From Squalus acanthias (Eukaryota), in the NCBI GenBank assembly GCA_030390025.1, contig CM059432.1, positions 13,640,001 to 13,704,000 on the forward strand: a stretch of DNA of 64,000 nucleotides, in the 5' to 3' direction. The translations under genes and the position numbers were made by a program. The notes beneath the pieces are model-generated. The model searched no databases. It was given only the letters and a program-made list of their open reading frames with translations, and was not told the origin of the DNA. Below, in pieces: positions 63,814-64,000 of this stretch (position 1 is the stretch's first letter; each line of letters starts with the position of its first letter).

Positions 63814-63909
63814 TTTCTCTCTCCACGGATGCTGCCTGGCCTGCTGAGTTTTTCCAGCGTTTTCTGTTGTTATTTCAGATTTCCAGCATCCGCAGTATTT
63901 TGCTATCGT
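63814..63909 (+). mobile_element. Penelope terminal fragment
   Basis: Near-identical to 25535-25622. Confidence 0.75.
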
Positions 63910-64000
63910 AATGTGAAGTGCTTCATCCTTTCACGTTATGTTGATTGTCAGGAGATAGTGTGCTTTTTTCCACTTCTTTGCACACTGTGCCCAAGTATTA

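Overview
Eukaryotic (vertebrate) genomic DNA. The repeat content (SacSINE1/Deu-type SINEs, shark-type CR1, L2, Penelope) points to a cartilaginous fish; this is inference. Two genes lie in tandem on the minus strand, in the same order as in mammals. The first is the 3' part of ANKRD12: six coding exons with GT/AG boundaries and consistent phase, including a 4,925-bp exon, plus a ~2.7-kb 3' UTR. The second is the 5' part of TWSG1: a CpG-rich putative non-coding exon 1 and coding exon 2; its later exons were not found in the window. Most of the rest is nested transposable elements: CR1, L2, a third LINE family, RTE, Penelope, two tRNA-SINE families, pogo/Tigger-type, hAT and Harbinger-type DNA elements. 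The best lead is a Penelope-like family whose terminal repeat carries a minimal hammerhead-ribozyme motif. It occurs as a 2.6-kb GIY-YIG/RT copy, a 5'-inverted copy and a 98-bp mini-insertion, each with an exact 14-bp target-site duplication (TSD), though no single ribozyme copy is fully intact. The second lead is a young, CpG-rich TA-targeting MITE present as two subfamilies. No prokaryotic system, CRISPR array, rRNA or true tRNA was found. Exon and TSD coordinates were counted by hand; boundaries of old repeats are approximate.
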